IMG/VR virus record: IMGVR_UViG_3300029288_000063
Coordinates: 160,001-224,000 of that record
Length of the DNA stretch: 64,000 nucleotides
Source: a virus
Lineage: Duplodnaviria; Caudoviricetes
Direction: 5' to 3' (one strand)
Shown: positions 1 to 9,845 of the stretch, piece after piece
Numbering within the stretch: the stretch's first letter is position 1
How the letters are laid out: every line of letters begins with the position of its first letter
Notes under the pieces: model-generated
Databases searched by the model: none
What the model was told of the DNA's origin: nothing
What the model saw: only the letters and a program-made list of their open reading frames with translations
Program-made: the position numbers and the translations under genes

Positions 1-1
1 G

Positions 2-3000
2 TGGATTCGGCAGCACAGTGTTTGCAAAAAAGAGGGCGTGAAAGCAATCTACGGTGTCGAGGCGTATGTCAACGACTTCCGTGGTTCCGAGGAAGCGGAG
101 GACATCGAGGCGATGCGTGAAAAACTTCGTGGACTTGTCGCCTCAAAGAAGGAGCTGAAGGTTCCGAAATTTGAAAAGCCGGAAAAGGTCGTAAAAGCTG
201 CCAAACTCAAGGTCTCCAAGGAAGAAAAGGCGGCGATGTCGAAAGAGGAATATGCCGCCCGCAAAACCGTGGTGGAAGAGCACAATGCGCAGGTAGAAGC
301 GGAATATGCGTCGGCGTGCGCGGCTCGTGATGCAGTGCTGGAAGAACAGGCGAAGGCGAAGTTGTCGGCGAAAGAAAGCAAGGACGCGGTTGCCCAAGAA
401 GAATCGGAGCTTCGTGAACAGATTAAGCGTCGCGAAGAGGAACACAAGGCGACATTGCAGGCGAACAAGAAAAATAACCACCTCGTCCTGTTGGCGCGGA
501 CCGAAGAGGGGTTTTACAACATCATTAAGCTGTCCAATGACGCGTCTGTGAACGGGTTCTATTATCGCCCGCGTATGACCCACGAAGCGTTGAAGAAATG
601 GGGTAAGGGTATTATCGCTTCGTCAGCCTGCTATGCTGGTGAGATTCCCGCACTGTTGCTGGAAGGTAAGGATGAAGAGGCGAAAGCCCTGTATGAGTTC
701 TACAAGGGCTGTTTCGACGAGTTCTATATCGAATTGACCATGATTGAAATGTCTGACCAAGTGGAGCTGAATAAGAAGCTTCTCTTGTTTGCGAAGTCTG
801 TCGGTGCGAAAGTCATCCTGTCGTGCGACTCCCACTACCTTTTGCGGGAGCACGCAGACACGCATGACCTGTTGTTGCTTATCCGCGATGGTAAGACGAA
901 GAAAGACCTGTTGGAGCGTCCGGAGGAGGTGTGGCAGTTTGAGGCACGGAACCTGTTCCATAGGAATTATGAGGAAATGAAAGAGTTGTGGTCGGAAGGG
1001 TTCACCGATAAGTCGGGCGTCCATCACAGCTATAAGGATGATGTTTTTACCGAAGAGGTGTTTGAGGCGGCGTGCGCGAATACTCGCGAGATTGCTCTGT
1101 CGTGTTCGGACATCAAGCTTGATTCGACTCTGAAGCTTCCGGTTCTGTACGACGATGGTCCGGCTATGCTGAAGAAAAAGGTTCAGGATGGTTTCCGTGA
1201 GCGTGGGTTGCGTGGTAAGGGGTATGTGGACCGTTTGAACCATGAGCTTGATGTTATCATCAAAAAGGGCTATGCGGACTATTTCCTCACGATGGACAAG
1301 ATCATCCGTGACACGATTGAGCGTCATGGTGTGAATGCGATAGGTTGGGGTCGTGGTTCAGCATCGGGCAGTCTTGTGTCGTTCTGTTTGGGGCTGACGG
1401 ACTTGGACCCATTGAAATATGGATTGCTGTTCGAACGGTTTTTGGACGAGTCGCGTTCAGACCCGCCGGATATTGATACTGACTTTGACTCCCGTATTCG
1501 TGAGCAGGTGAAGGAACGTATCGTAGAAATGTTTGGAGAGGCGCATACGTGTTCTATCGGCACCTACCAGACCTATAAGACCCGTGCGGTCGTGATTGAT
1601 GTTGCGCGGGCGTTGGGTTTGGATGTTTGGGAGGCGATGGAGGTAACGAAGAAGATGGACGCGTTGGCAACATTCGATGTTGAGTCGGATGATGGCGACA
1701 CGGAGGAAATGTCAATCGACAGTATGTCGTTTGAGGAGATTTGCAAGCACTATCCTGATTTGGAACTGTATTTCGAGCGTTACCCGGAAGTATTGCAGCA
1801 TTCCGAGGTATTGCGCAATCAGGTGAAGAATATGGGGCAGCACGCCGGTGGCGTAATTATCTCCAACCTGAATCTGCAAGACAAGATTCCGGTCATCAAG
1901 ACAAAGCACGGTGTTGTGTCTACTTGGGTTGAGGGTCAGGCGACTCACGAGCTTTCGGAAGTTGGCTTGGTGAAGTTTGATATTCTTGGCTTGAATCACC
2001 TTCCGGTTATTGATGACACCCTGAAACTTCTCCGGGAGAATCGTGGTATTGACATGAACCGCCGGGACATACCGATTAACGACCACGAGGCAATCAAGGT
2101 TGGTTCGCATGACGACATGATTGGCATCTTCCAGTTGGATTCCCCGCAGACCAAGCCGGTGGCGGACGCGGTTGGTATGGACTCAATTTTTGACCTGTCT
2201 GCCGTCACGTCGTTGATTCGCCCCGGCCCGAAGGATATGGGTATGCACATGACGTATGCCAAGCGCAAGCATGGCGAGCCGTACGATATGCCCGATTTTC
2301 TGCGTGAGCAGTTGGCGGAGACGTATGGTGTCCTGACGTACCAAGAGGATGCGATGCGTACGTCGCAGGTGTTGTCGTATTTCACCCCGGCGGAGTCGAA
2401 CCTTCTCCGCAAGGCTATCGGCAAGAAGATTCCCGAGCTGATGGCGGAGATGAAGGCGAAGTTTATCGCCGGTGCGAAGCCACGTATCGACAGGGGAGAG
2501 ATTACAGAGGAAGAGGTTGTAAAGATTTTCGACCTGATTGAATCGTTCGCCGGGTACGGCTTCAACCGTGCGCACGCCATGTGTTACTCGGCTGTGTCGG
2601 CTGCCGAGTTCTGGTTGAAGTATAACTACCCGACCGAATACATGGTTGCACTGTTGAATAACACCAAGATGGGCAAGGTGACCCGTGATGGTCGTCAGTA
2701 CATCGTGGTTTACCTGAATTATGCCCGCAGGAAGGGAATCAAGGTTTATCCGGTTGACATCAACGCCAGCAAGGTTGGGTTTTCTATTGAGAAACGTTGT
2801 ATTCGCTTTTCGATGTCGCACGTCAAGCAGGTTGGTTCGGCGGCTGAGTTGGTTGTTGCCGGGCAGCCGTATAAGGACATGGAAGACTTTGTCAGTCGTG
2901 ATTTCAAGTCCAAGGTGAATAAGCGTGTTGTGGAGCATCTGATTTTTGCCGGTGCGTTTGATTCTTTCTATCCGATGCTTGATGATATCCCGTCGAAGCG

Positions 3001-3457
3001 CATGCAGGCGTTTGTTGATTATTTCCGCCTGTCCGGCGGGAAATACGACCCGCCAGCAATTGTGTCCGAGCGCGAGTGGGCGGATAAGGAAAAAGAGGTT
3101 ACTCTGTTTTCGTTGTCCTGCAAACCGCTTATTGACAAATATCGTGAAACCATCAATGAACGGAAGTGGAGTTCTATTGGTAACGAGGGGCGTCGAGAAA
3201 AGTGTTTCGTGTTCGGGCGGGTAGAGTCGATAACGCCGAGGACGTCAAAGTCGGGGAATCCGATGTTCATTGTGAAGTTGTCCGACGACATCGACGAGAT
3301 GGAGTTCTATGTCTTTGACCGGGCACGGAAACAATTCCAGCGTGACGCGAAGATGGGGTGCGTGGTCGCTATCCCTATGAATCGCTTCGAGGATGGTGGG
3401 AAGCGATTCTTTGATTCGTCCAAAGACATCGAGGTTTTGGAAAAGGTTGGTGGTTGA
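2..3457 (+). CDS. dnaE: DNA polymerase III alpha subunit, 5'-truncated (frame open from window start)
   Basis: PHP motifs (CKKEGVKAIYGVEAY, HLVLLA, CDSHY), GRGSASGSLV, FERFL, catalytic PPDIDTDF, HAGG, KFDILGL, YGFNRAHA, C-terminal OB fold. Confidence 0.96.
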   Translation, partial: WIRQHSVCKKEGVKAIYGVEAYVNDFRGSEEAEDIEAMREKLRGLVASKKELKVPKFEKPEKVVKAAKLKVSKEEKAAMSKEEYAARKTVVEEHNAQVEAEYASACAARDAVLEEQAKAKLSAKESKDAVAQEESELREQIKRREEEHKATLQANKKNNHLVLLARTEEGFYNIIKLSNDASVNGFYYRPRMTHEALKKWGKGIIASSACYAGEIPALLLEGKDEEAKALYEFYKGCFDEFYIELTMIEMSDQVELNKKLLLFAKSVGAKVILSCDSHYLLREHADTHDLLLLIRDGKTKKDLLERPEEVWQFEARNLFHRNYEEMKELWSEGFTDKSGVHHSYKDDVFTEEVFEAACANTREIALSCSDIKLDSTLKLPVLYDDGPAMLKKKVQDGFRERGLRGKGYVDRLNHELDVIIKKGYADYFLTMDKIIRDTIERHGVNAIGWGRGSASGSLVSFCLGLTDLDPLKYGLLFERFLDESRSDPPDIDTDFDSRIREQVKERIVEMFGEAHTCSIGTYQTYKTRAVVIDVARALGLDVWEAMEVTKKMDALATFDVESDDGDTEEMSIDSMSFEEICKHYPDLELYFERYPEVLQHSEVLRNQVKNMGQHAGGVIISNLNLQDKIPVIKTKHGVVSTWVEGQATHELSEVGLVKFDILGLNHLPVIDDTLKLLRENRGIDMNRRDIPINDHEAIKVGSHDDMIGIFQLDSPQTKPVADAVGMDSIFDLSAVTSLIRPGPKDMGMHMTYAKRKHGEPYDMPDFLREQLAETYGVLTYQEDAMRTSQVLSYFTPAESNLLRKAIGKKIPELMAEMKAKFIAGAKPRIDRGEITEEEVVKIFDLIESFAGYGFNRAHAMCYSAVSAAEFWLKYNYPTEYMVALLNNTKMGKVTRDGRQYIVVYLNYARRKGIKVYPVDINASKVGFSIEKRCIRFSMSHVKQVGSAAELVVAGQPYKDMEDFVSRDFKSKVNKRVVEHLIFAGAFDSFYPMLDDIPSKRMQAFVDYFRLSGGKYDPPAIVSEREWADKEKEVTLFSLSCKPLIDKYRETINERKWSSIGNEGRREKCFVFGRVESITPRTSKSGNPMFIVKLSDDIDEMEFYVFDRARKQFQRDAKMGCVVAIPMNRFEDGGKRFFDSSKDIEVLEKVGG

Positions 3458-3458
3458 T

Positions 3459-3851
3459 ATGAGCGTTCGTTTGGTTTGCATCGAGCGGGCGTGTCCGTCT
3501 GTTCCACCTGTATTGACGAATCCGTTTGTTGTGACGCCTGTGGTGGATGTTTGTATTCCGAATGGTATCCCGATCCCCGTGCGGACCGGGGTCCGGTTTC
3601 AGGTCACAAGTGGTTGGTTGATATCGGCGGAGTCGGTCAAGAATGGGCCGATTGTTTTTGGCGCGTCGTTGTATGAGGGTGAGTTGGTTGTGTTTTGTTC
3701 TGCCCCCATGAATAAGGTCAATTATCTGCACACGTCCGTCACACCGTTAGCACGAATCTTTCTTGGTGCAATATGTCCAGAGCATATTCGTTTTGTCGAT
3801 AACTCCTCAAAATACGTTAAAAAAGCGAGTGCCAACAGCAATCCACTTTGA
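3459..3851 (+). CDS. hypothetical protein, possibly a degenerate dUTPase-like fold
   Basis: IPNGIPIPVRTGVRFQV...YEGELVV pattern resembles dUTPase strands, but catalytic motifs are not recognisable. Confidence 0.35.
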   Translation: MSVRLVCIERACPSVPPVLTNPFVVTPVVDVCIPNGIPIPVRTGVRFQVTSGWLISAESVKNGPIVFGASLYEGELVVFCSAPMNKVNYLHTSVTPLARIFLGAICPEHIRFVDNSSKYVKKASANSNPL

Positions 3852-3859
3852 AAAACGTG

Positions 3860-3887
3860 TTGTTTTTTCAACAAAATCCTGTATAAT
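3860..3887 (+). promoter_or_regulatory. sigma70-like promoter
   Basis: TTGTTT-N16-TATAAT in the AT-rich gap before the nuclease/MTase pair. Confidence 0.4.
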
Positions 3888-3923
3888 AGTGTTGTTTAAG
3901 TTGTTTCCACGATAAAGGCTTAG

Positions 3924-4625
3924 GTGAAGATTTGTTTGGGAATGGTTTTTATGGTTTCGTATAATCCTTCGGATTGCCTTGATGGTCTATATTCTAGCTT
4001 TCCATTGGTCGATGTTAGTTGCTTTGTTGGCAGGTGTCGTGATTTCGCGGTATCGTGTTCAAACAATTATGGGTTAAGAAATCAGTCCAGTTTGTGTCGT
4101 ATTGAAGACCAAGTGTGCTTTGGAAAGCTTGGTGAATTTGTTGCGTATAAATCTTTGTGCGGATTCGTTAATGATTTGTCTGAACCGGACTTATCTGTTT
4201 TCGGTGTCAATGAAAAATCTTTCGAATGGGATTTATTTGGTGGTGGGTGTAATTTTGCAGTAAAATCGTTTGACGTTCAGTCTTCCAACCCGGTGTCGTG
4301 GACATTTCAGTATTCTGATATGGGTGGATTTGGTCGTGATGATGTTATTTTTGATACGGTTCACACTACTCACGACTACGTGGTCTTTGTTGTTTTGGGT
4401 TCAACGTTGAACAAAGGGAGGATTTGTTCTGTTGTCCCGTTACAGGTTATCGACAACATGACTGGATATGATTTTGTTTCCTCTCACGGATGGGATATAT
4501 TTGAACGTCCCAAGAAGGCAGATTTGATTGGTATTAAAAAATGCATTTACTGGAGAAGATTGATAGATTTGTGTTTGGTTCCCAGTCTATATAAGGGTTC
4601 TGATAAAATTTGTCGTGGCGCATAA
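3924..4625 (+). CDS. putative PD-(D/E)XK restriction-endonuclease-like protein (start uncertain, possibly 3951)
   Basis: GKLGEFVAY...EPD...WDL...AVKS pattern; AT-richer than flanks; overlaps the MTase start. Confidence 0.4.
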   Translation: MKICLGMVFMVSYNPSDCLDGLYSSFPLVDVSCFVGRCRDFAVSCSNNYGLRNQSSLCRIEDQVCFGKLGEFVAYKSLCGFVNDLSEPDLSVFGVNEKSFEWDLFGGGCNFAVKSFDVQSSNPVSWTFQYSDMGGFGRDDVIFDTVHTTHDYVVFVVLGSTLNKGRICSVVPLQVIDNMTGYDFVSSHGWDIFERPKKADLIGIKKCIYWRRLIDLCLVPSLYKGSDKICRGA

Positions 4626-5539
4626 AGGGGTCTGTTTTGGATATTGTTTCTGTTCCTGAGTGTGATGTCGTTCCTTTGTCTCAATCTGAAATAAAAAAAC
4701 TATCCACTCTTTCGTCTCCGTTTCGGTATCCGGGTGCGAAGACAAGGTTTTTGGGTAAGCTGTTGGCTTACCTTCGTCCTATGTTGACAGAGGAAGCTGT
4801 CTATGTGGAGCCGTTCATTGGTGGCGGGTCTGTGTTTTTGGGATTGGTCCAAAGTGGTGCCCCGTTCAAACGAGCTGTCTTAAACGATTTGGATTTTGCT
4901 GTTTCGGCGTTTTGGCGTTGTGTGTCCGATGAGTCGAAATCGGAAGAGTTGGTGGCTCGAATACTGTCTGTGGTGCCGTCTGTCGAAGAGCACGCGTCCC
5001 AGAATTCTCTCCTGTCGTCCGATGATATAGTAACGAGAGCGTTCGCTGCGTTATTTTTGAATCGGTGTAGTTTTTCCGGAATTCTGACTGCCGGTCCGAT
5101 TGGAGGGATTGAGCAAAAAAGCAAGTGGACGGTTGGGTGTCGGTATAATCCAGACCGATTGGCGAAGCAGGTTCGTACTATATCGAAGGCGATAGTTGGG
5201 CGTGTTGATGTTGTGAATGGGGATTTCGAGAATGTCATCCTTGATAACGACAAGGTCGGAACGGTTATATATTGCGATGCCCCGTATTACGTGAAGGGGA
5301 ATATGTTGTATCGCCACGGCATGTCCGAGAATGACCATGACCGATTGGCGTGTTGCCTGAAGGTTGTGAGGAATGCGCAGTTCGTTGCGAGTTATGACGC
5401 GGTTCCAGAGATTCTTGATAAGTTTTCGTGGGCGAAGGTTCGTACGATTTCCGTTCGCTATTCGATTTCCGGACAAAATCGGGAATCGTGGGAAGGGAAA
5501 AAGGAATTCATAATCTGTCGAGAGGGTGTCAATGGTTAA
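4610..5539 (+). CDS. D12-class N6-adenine DNA methyltransferase (Dam-like)
   Basis: FRYPGAKT, YVEPFIGGGSV, LND, motif IV variant CDAPYY, SYD. Confidence 0.85.
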   Translation: MSWRIKGSVLDIVSVPECDVVPLSQSEIKKLSTLSSPFRYPGAKTRFLGKLLAYLRPMLTEEAVYVEPFIGGGSVFLGLVQSGAPFKRAVLNDLDFAVSAFWRCVSDESKSEELVARILSVVPSVEEHASQNSLLSSDDIVTRAFAALFLNRCSFSGILTAGPIGGIEQKSKWTVGCRYNPDRLAKQVRTISKAIVGRVDVVNGDFENVILDNDKVGTVIYCDAPYYVKGNMLYRHGMSENDHDRLACCLKVVRNAQFVASYDAVPEILDKFSWAKVRTISVRYSISGQNRESWEGKKEFIICREGVNG

Positions 5540-7442
5540 TTATGATGAAAAGTCAATCAAGGTACTGAAGGGTTTGGATGGTGTCCGCAAGCGTCCGGCC
5601 ATGTATATTGGCGATACAGGTATTGACGGGTTCCATCACCTTGTGTGGGAAATCGTCGACAATGCAATCGACGAGGCTGTTGCGGGTCATTGCAACCACA
5701 TAACGGTGAAGTTCAATGACGATGGCTCTGTGACCGTTTCGGATAATGGTCGTGGTATCCCTGTCGGTAAACACCCGACCGAGGGCATCCCAACGGTTGA
5801 CGTCGTTATGACGGTGCTGCACGCCGGTGGTAAGTTTGGCGGTCCGGATTCGGCGTTCAAGACATCCGGCGGATTGCATGGTGTCGGGGCGTCGGTTGTG
5901 AATGCGCTGTCGGAGTGGATGACTGTTCAGGTTCGTCGCGATGGTGTTAAGTGGCTGCGCGAATACAAGAACGGCGTTCCGACTGCACCTGAGTTGTCGA
6001 AAGATGGAACGTGTGATAAGAAAGACACCGGAACCCTTGTTCGGTTTAAGCCGGACAAGAAGTATTTCCGCGACACCGAGTTTGATGATGCCCGTGTGCG
6101 TCGCCGGTTGCGGGAGCTGTCGTATCTGAATCCGGGTCTGAAAATTGACATGACGTGGATTGACGGCACCGTCGAGACCTTTCATTCGACCGGTGGGCTG
6201 AAGGAATATGTCGAACACCTTCTTGGTAAAAAGGCGAAGCTTTGCCAAACCATCTGCTTCGAAGAGAAAGTGGAAGGGTTTGAGGCGTCGTGCGCGTTTG
6301 TGTACGATTCCGGATTCGATGAGGCGACCCTGTCGTTTGCCAACAACATCAACACAATCGAGGGCGGCGTCCACATGAACGCGGCGTTGGATGCCCTGTG
6401 CAAGTCAATAACGGCTGTTGCAGATTCCGCCGGGCTGTTCAAGAACCTCGGTGAGTTGAAGCCGGTAAAGAGTGATGTGTGTGAGGGTTTGACCCTTGTC
6501 GTAAGTGTTCGGGTTCCAGACCCGTCGTTTGGCGGTCAGACGAAGACGAAGCTTGCGAATGACGAGTTGCGGAAGCCGATGGGTGATTGGTTTCTGGAGC
6601 AATTCGAAAAGGTGTTTGCCAAGGATAAGTCCGTGGCGAAAGCCATCGCGGGGAAGCTTGTCGACTCGATGAAAGCACGTGATGCAGCACGCAAGGCAAA
6701 AACCCTTTCTCGGAAGAAGTCTGTTTTGGAGAGTATGTCGTTGCCGGGCAAACTTTCCGACTGCTCCTCGAAAGACCCTGTTGCCAACGAGTTGTATATC
6801 GTAGAGGGTGACTCTGCCGGTGGCACGGCTATTATGGCACGGAACAGGACGTTCCAAGCTGTTTTGCCGTTGCGCGGCAAGGTGTTGAACGTCCAGAAGA
6901 CCACGTTGAACAAGGCGTTGGGCAACAACGAAATTGCCGCCCTGATTGCGGCGTTGGGTGTTGGTGTGACGGAGCGTGAGGCGTATATCGACGACCTTCG
7001 CTACCACAAGGTTATCATCGCGACAGACGCCGACCAAGACGGTGGTCACATTCTGTGCCTGTTGTTGTCGTTCTTCTTCCGGTTTATGAAGAAGATGATT
7101 GAGGAGGGGCACGTGTATATTTGTGAGCCGCCTCTGTATCGCGTGCGTATTGGTTCGGAATCGCGGTATCTGAAGAACGATGAGGCGTTAGAGGAGTTCC
7201 GCGAGAAGAATCCGGGTCGGAAAATCGAGGTGAGTCGTTTTAAGGGTCTTGGTGAAATGGATGTGTCCGAGTTTTCGGAGACCGCTATGGAACCGTCGTC
7301 GCGGACAATTCGCCGGGTATACATGGAAGACGATTGCTCTGTTGCGAAGACGCTTCACACCTTGATGGGTGATGGTCAGGACAATCTGGATGCGAGGAAA
7401 GAGTTCCTCTCGAAGAGGCTGAAGTTTGGAGACGCAGAATGA
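5532..7442 (+). CDS. gyrB: DNA gyrase subunit B
   Basis: VRKRPAMYIG, EIVDNAIDE, DNGRGIP, LHAGGKF, GGLHGVG, VEGDSAGG, PLRGK, DADQDG, RFKGLGEM. Confidence 0.95.
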   Translation: MVNYDEKSIKVLKGLDGVRKRPAMYIGDTGIDGFHHLVWEIVDNAIDEAVAGHCNHITVKFNDDGSVTVSDNGRGIPVGKHPTEGIPTVDVVMTVLHAGGKFGGPDSAFKTSGGLHGVGASVVNALSEWMTVQVRRDGVKWLREYKNGVPTAPELSKDGTCDKKDTGTLVRFKPDKKYFRDTEFDDARVRRRLRELSYLNPGLKIDMTWIDGTVETFHSTGGLKEYVEHLLGKKAKLCQTICFEEKVEGFEASCAFVYDSGFDEATLSFANNINTIEGGVHMNAALDALCKSITAVADSAGLFKNLGELKPVKSDVCEGLTLVVSVRVPDPSFGGQTKTKLANDELRKPMGDWFLEQFEKVFAKDKSVAKAIAGKLVDSMKARDAARKAKTLSRKKSVLESMSLPGKLSDCSSKDPVANELYIVEGDSAGGTAIMARNRTFQAVLPLRGKVLNVQKTTLNKALGNNEIAALIAALGVGVTEREAYIDDLRYHKVIIATDADQDGGHILCLLLSFFFRFMKKMIEEGHVYICEPPLYRVRIGSESRYLKNDEALEEFREKNPGRKIEVSRFKGLGEMDVSEFSETAMEPSSRTIRRVYMEDDCSVAKTLHTLMGDGQDNLDARKEFLSKRLKFGDAE

Positions 7443-9838
7443 GTGCCGAAACTACAGGTGTTGGCTTGGCGGAAATGTCGGACACACTGTCGTCCAACTT
7501 TCTTATCTATGCCGAATATGTTATCAAAGACCGTGCGATTCCTGATGTCCGTGACGGGTTAAAGCCGGGTCAGCGGCGCGTGCTGTGGTCGATGTGGGAC
7601 ATGGGTTGTAAGCCCAAAACACCGCATCGCAAGTCTGCGCGTATTGTCGGCGATACGATTGGGAAATACCATCCACACGGTGACAGTGCGGTATACGAGG
7701 CTATGGCGCGTATGGCGCAGCCGTTTGTCATGGCGAATCCGTTGGTTGACGGCAAGGGAAACTTTGGTTCGGTGGATGGTCATCCACCAGCCGCCATGCG
7801 GTACACGGAAGCCCGCCTGTCGGAGTTTGGGGCGCATGTCCTGTTCAGCGATATTGACTTTGACACGGTTGAGTTCGTTCCAAACTATGACGGTTCGGAA
7901 AAAGAGCCGACGGTTCTTCCTGCCCGCGTGCCGCTGATTTTGCTTGCCGCGCCGTCGGGTATTGCCGTGGCTATGGCGACGAATACGCCGCCGCACAATT
8001 TGAGCGAGGTGTGTAAGGGTGTTATCGCCACGGTTGAGCTTGGGGCACCGTTGCCGCCGGAACGTGTTGCCCGGTTGATTATCGGTCCGGATTTCCCGCT
8101 TGGCGGCATGTCACGCTGCACGAAATACACCGGAGCGAAGGAATCTATCCCGTATCGTTCTGTTGCGGACTTCGAGTCGGAGGGTTCGAGTAAGGCTATT
8201 ATTATTCGCTCGATTCCGTATCTAGCCAACAAGTCGGAACTCATTAAGTCGATGGCGGAGTTGGTTCGGGATGACAAGCTTGCAGGTATCTCGGAGATTC
8301 GCGATGAGTCGTCAGGTCAGGAGGTTCGTATTTGTGTTGAGTTGAAGCGTGATGCCGACCACCAGTCTGTGCTGAACGCCATCTATAACTCCACGAAGCT
8401 TCAGACATCGTTCCCAGTGAACATCACGGCTATCTCTGGAAGGAAGCCGCATCTGTTTGATGTTTCGTCGGTGCTGTGGGAGTTCGTTCGGTTCCGTCAG
8501 GAGGTTATCCGGCGGCGCACGGCGTCTCGGAAATCCAAGGCGGAACATCGCAAGAAGTTGACTGAGGCTGTTATCGCCGCGTGTAAGAATCCCGACAAGA
8601 CGGTTCGCCTCATTAAAAACAACGAGGAGCCTGTCGTTGCGTTGATGGATGAGTACAAGTTCGACAAGGAATGCGCCGAGTATGTTTTCAATATGCCGGT
8701 TCGTCGGTTCTCGAAGGTTGATGTCGGTAAGCTCGATGAGGAGTTGAAGGAGTTTGTTGCCGTCATTGTTGATGCCGAAGATATCCTGACGCGCCCGGAG
8801 CGACTCAATTCGATTATCATCGAGGAGACGAAGGAAGTTGACCACATGTTCGGTGGTGAGCGCAAAACGCTTATCGTTCCCGACTTCTCGTCCATCTCTG
8901 TCAAGGACTTGGTGAAGCAGCAGGATGTCGTGCTGTCGTTCATGTCTGACAAGACGGTGAAATCGACCCCGCTGGCTGACTACCGAGTGCAGAAGCGTCG
9001 TGGGGTTGGTGTGTCGGGGACGAAGATTCCTGATGGTGTCTACCCGACCTTCGCCGTTACAGTGAGTTCGCATGACGAGTTGATGTTTATCACCAACAAG
9101 GGGAATCGTTACCGCGTGCGTGTGTACGATATTCCGGCGATGAACAAGGGGAGGCTGCCGAAAAAGTTGTCGGAGTACATTTCCGGTATTGCCGAGGATG
9201 AGGTTGTTGTGGCGGTTTCCCCGATGGATATTGCTGATGGCGAGTGTCTTGTCATCCTTGGTGCCAACGGGTTGGTGAAGAAGTTGGCGGCGGATTCCGT
9301 TCGGCGTGCGAAGAACGGGACGACGATTATCTATGATGTTGCCCGTGGCGGCGCGGTTGTCGGTGCTGTGGTGTGCAAGGTCGATGACGACATCATGATT
9401 GCGACACAGGGCGGTCAGGTGTTGCGTACGAGCCTGTCTGATATTCGTGAGGTCAAGGGTCGTGAGGCTGCCGGTGTTGCTGCTATGAAGGTGGATGATG
9501 GTGACCGCCTGTTGGGTGTGACCCGCGTGTTGCCCGGTGGGAAGGTGTTGACGGTGAGCAAGAAAGGCTTTGCAAAGCTGTCTGAGGCTGATGAGTATAA
9601 CGCGAAGGGTCGCGGTGGAAAGGGCGTTTGCGGTGCGGTGTTGCAGGATGGCGATTCGCTTCTGTATGCGGGCGTTGTTGTCCCGGCAGAGGACGCGACG
9701 CTGTTCCTGCTTACGAACACGACGCAGAGTATTCGGATTTCCATGTCCGATGTTCCTGTACATGGGCGTTCGACGCGTGGTGTGCGGCTGAAGCGTTTGG
9801 ACGAGAAGGAAGAAGTCACGGTTGCAAGTCCGGAGTGA
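7439..9838 (+). CDS. gyrA: DNA gyrase subunit A
   Basis: DGLKPGQRR, KSARIVG, YHPHGD, AAMRYTEARL, GyrA-box-like QKRRGVG and C-terminal pinwheel repeats (GREAAGV, GRGGKGV, GRSTRGV). Confidence 0.93.
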   Translation: MSAETTGVGLAEMSDTLSSNFLIYAEYVIKDRAIPDVRDGLKPGQRRVLWSMWDMGCKPKTPHRKSARIVGDTIGKYHPHGDSAVYEAMARMAQPFVMANPLVDGKGNFGSVDGHPPAAMRYTEARLSEFGAHVLFSDIDFDTVEFVPNYDGSEKEPTVLPARVPLILLAAPSGIAVAMATNTPPHNLSEVCKGVIATVELGAPLPPERVARLIIGPDFPLGGMSRCTKYTGAKESIPYRSVADFESEGSSKAIIIRSIPYLANKSELIKSMAELVRDDKLAGISEIRDESSGQEVRICVELKRDADHQSVLNAIYNSTKLQTSFPVNITAISGRKPHLFDVSSVLWEFVRFRQEVIRRRTASRKSKAEHRKKLTEAVIAACKNPDKTVRLIKNNEEPVVALMDEYKFDKECAEYVFNMPVRRFSKVDVGKLDEELKEFVAVIVDAEDILTRPERLNSIIIEETKEVDHMFGGERKTLIVPDFSSISVKDLVKQQDVVLSFMSDKTVKSTPLADYRVQKRRGVGVSGTKIPDGVYPTFAVTVSSHDELMFITNKGNRYRVRVYDIPAMNKGRLPKKLSEYISGIAEDEVVVAVSPMDIADGECLVILGANGLVKKLAADSVRRAKNGTTIIYDVARGGAVVGAVVCKVDDDIMIATQGGQVLRTSLSDIREVKGREAAGVAAMKVDDGDRLLGVTRVLPGGKVLTVSKKGFAKLSEADEYNAKGRGGKGVCGAVLQDGDSLLYAGVVVPAEDATLFLLTNTTQSIRISMSDVPVHGRSTRGVRLKRLDEKEEVTVASPE

Positions 9839-9845
9839 GGAAAGA

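Noticed and set aside
38-500. Intein in DnaE
   Set aside because: The insertion lacks a Cys/Ser start, a His-Asn end and endonuclease motifs.
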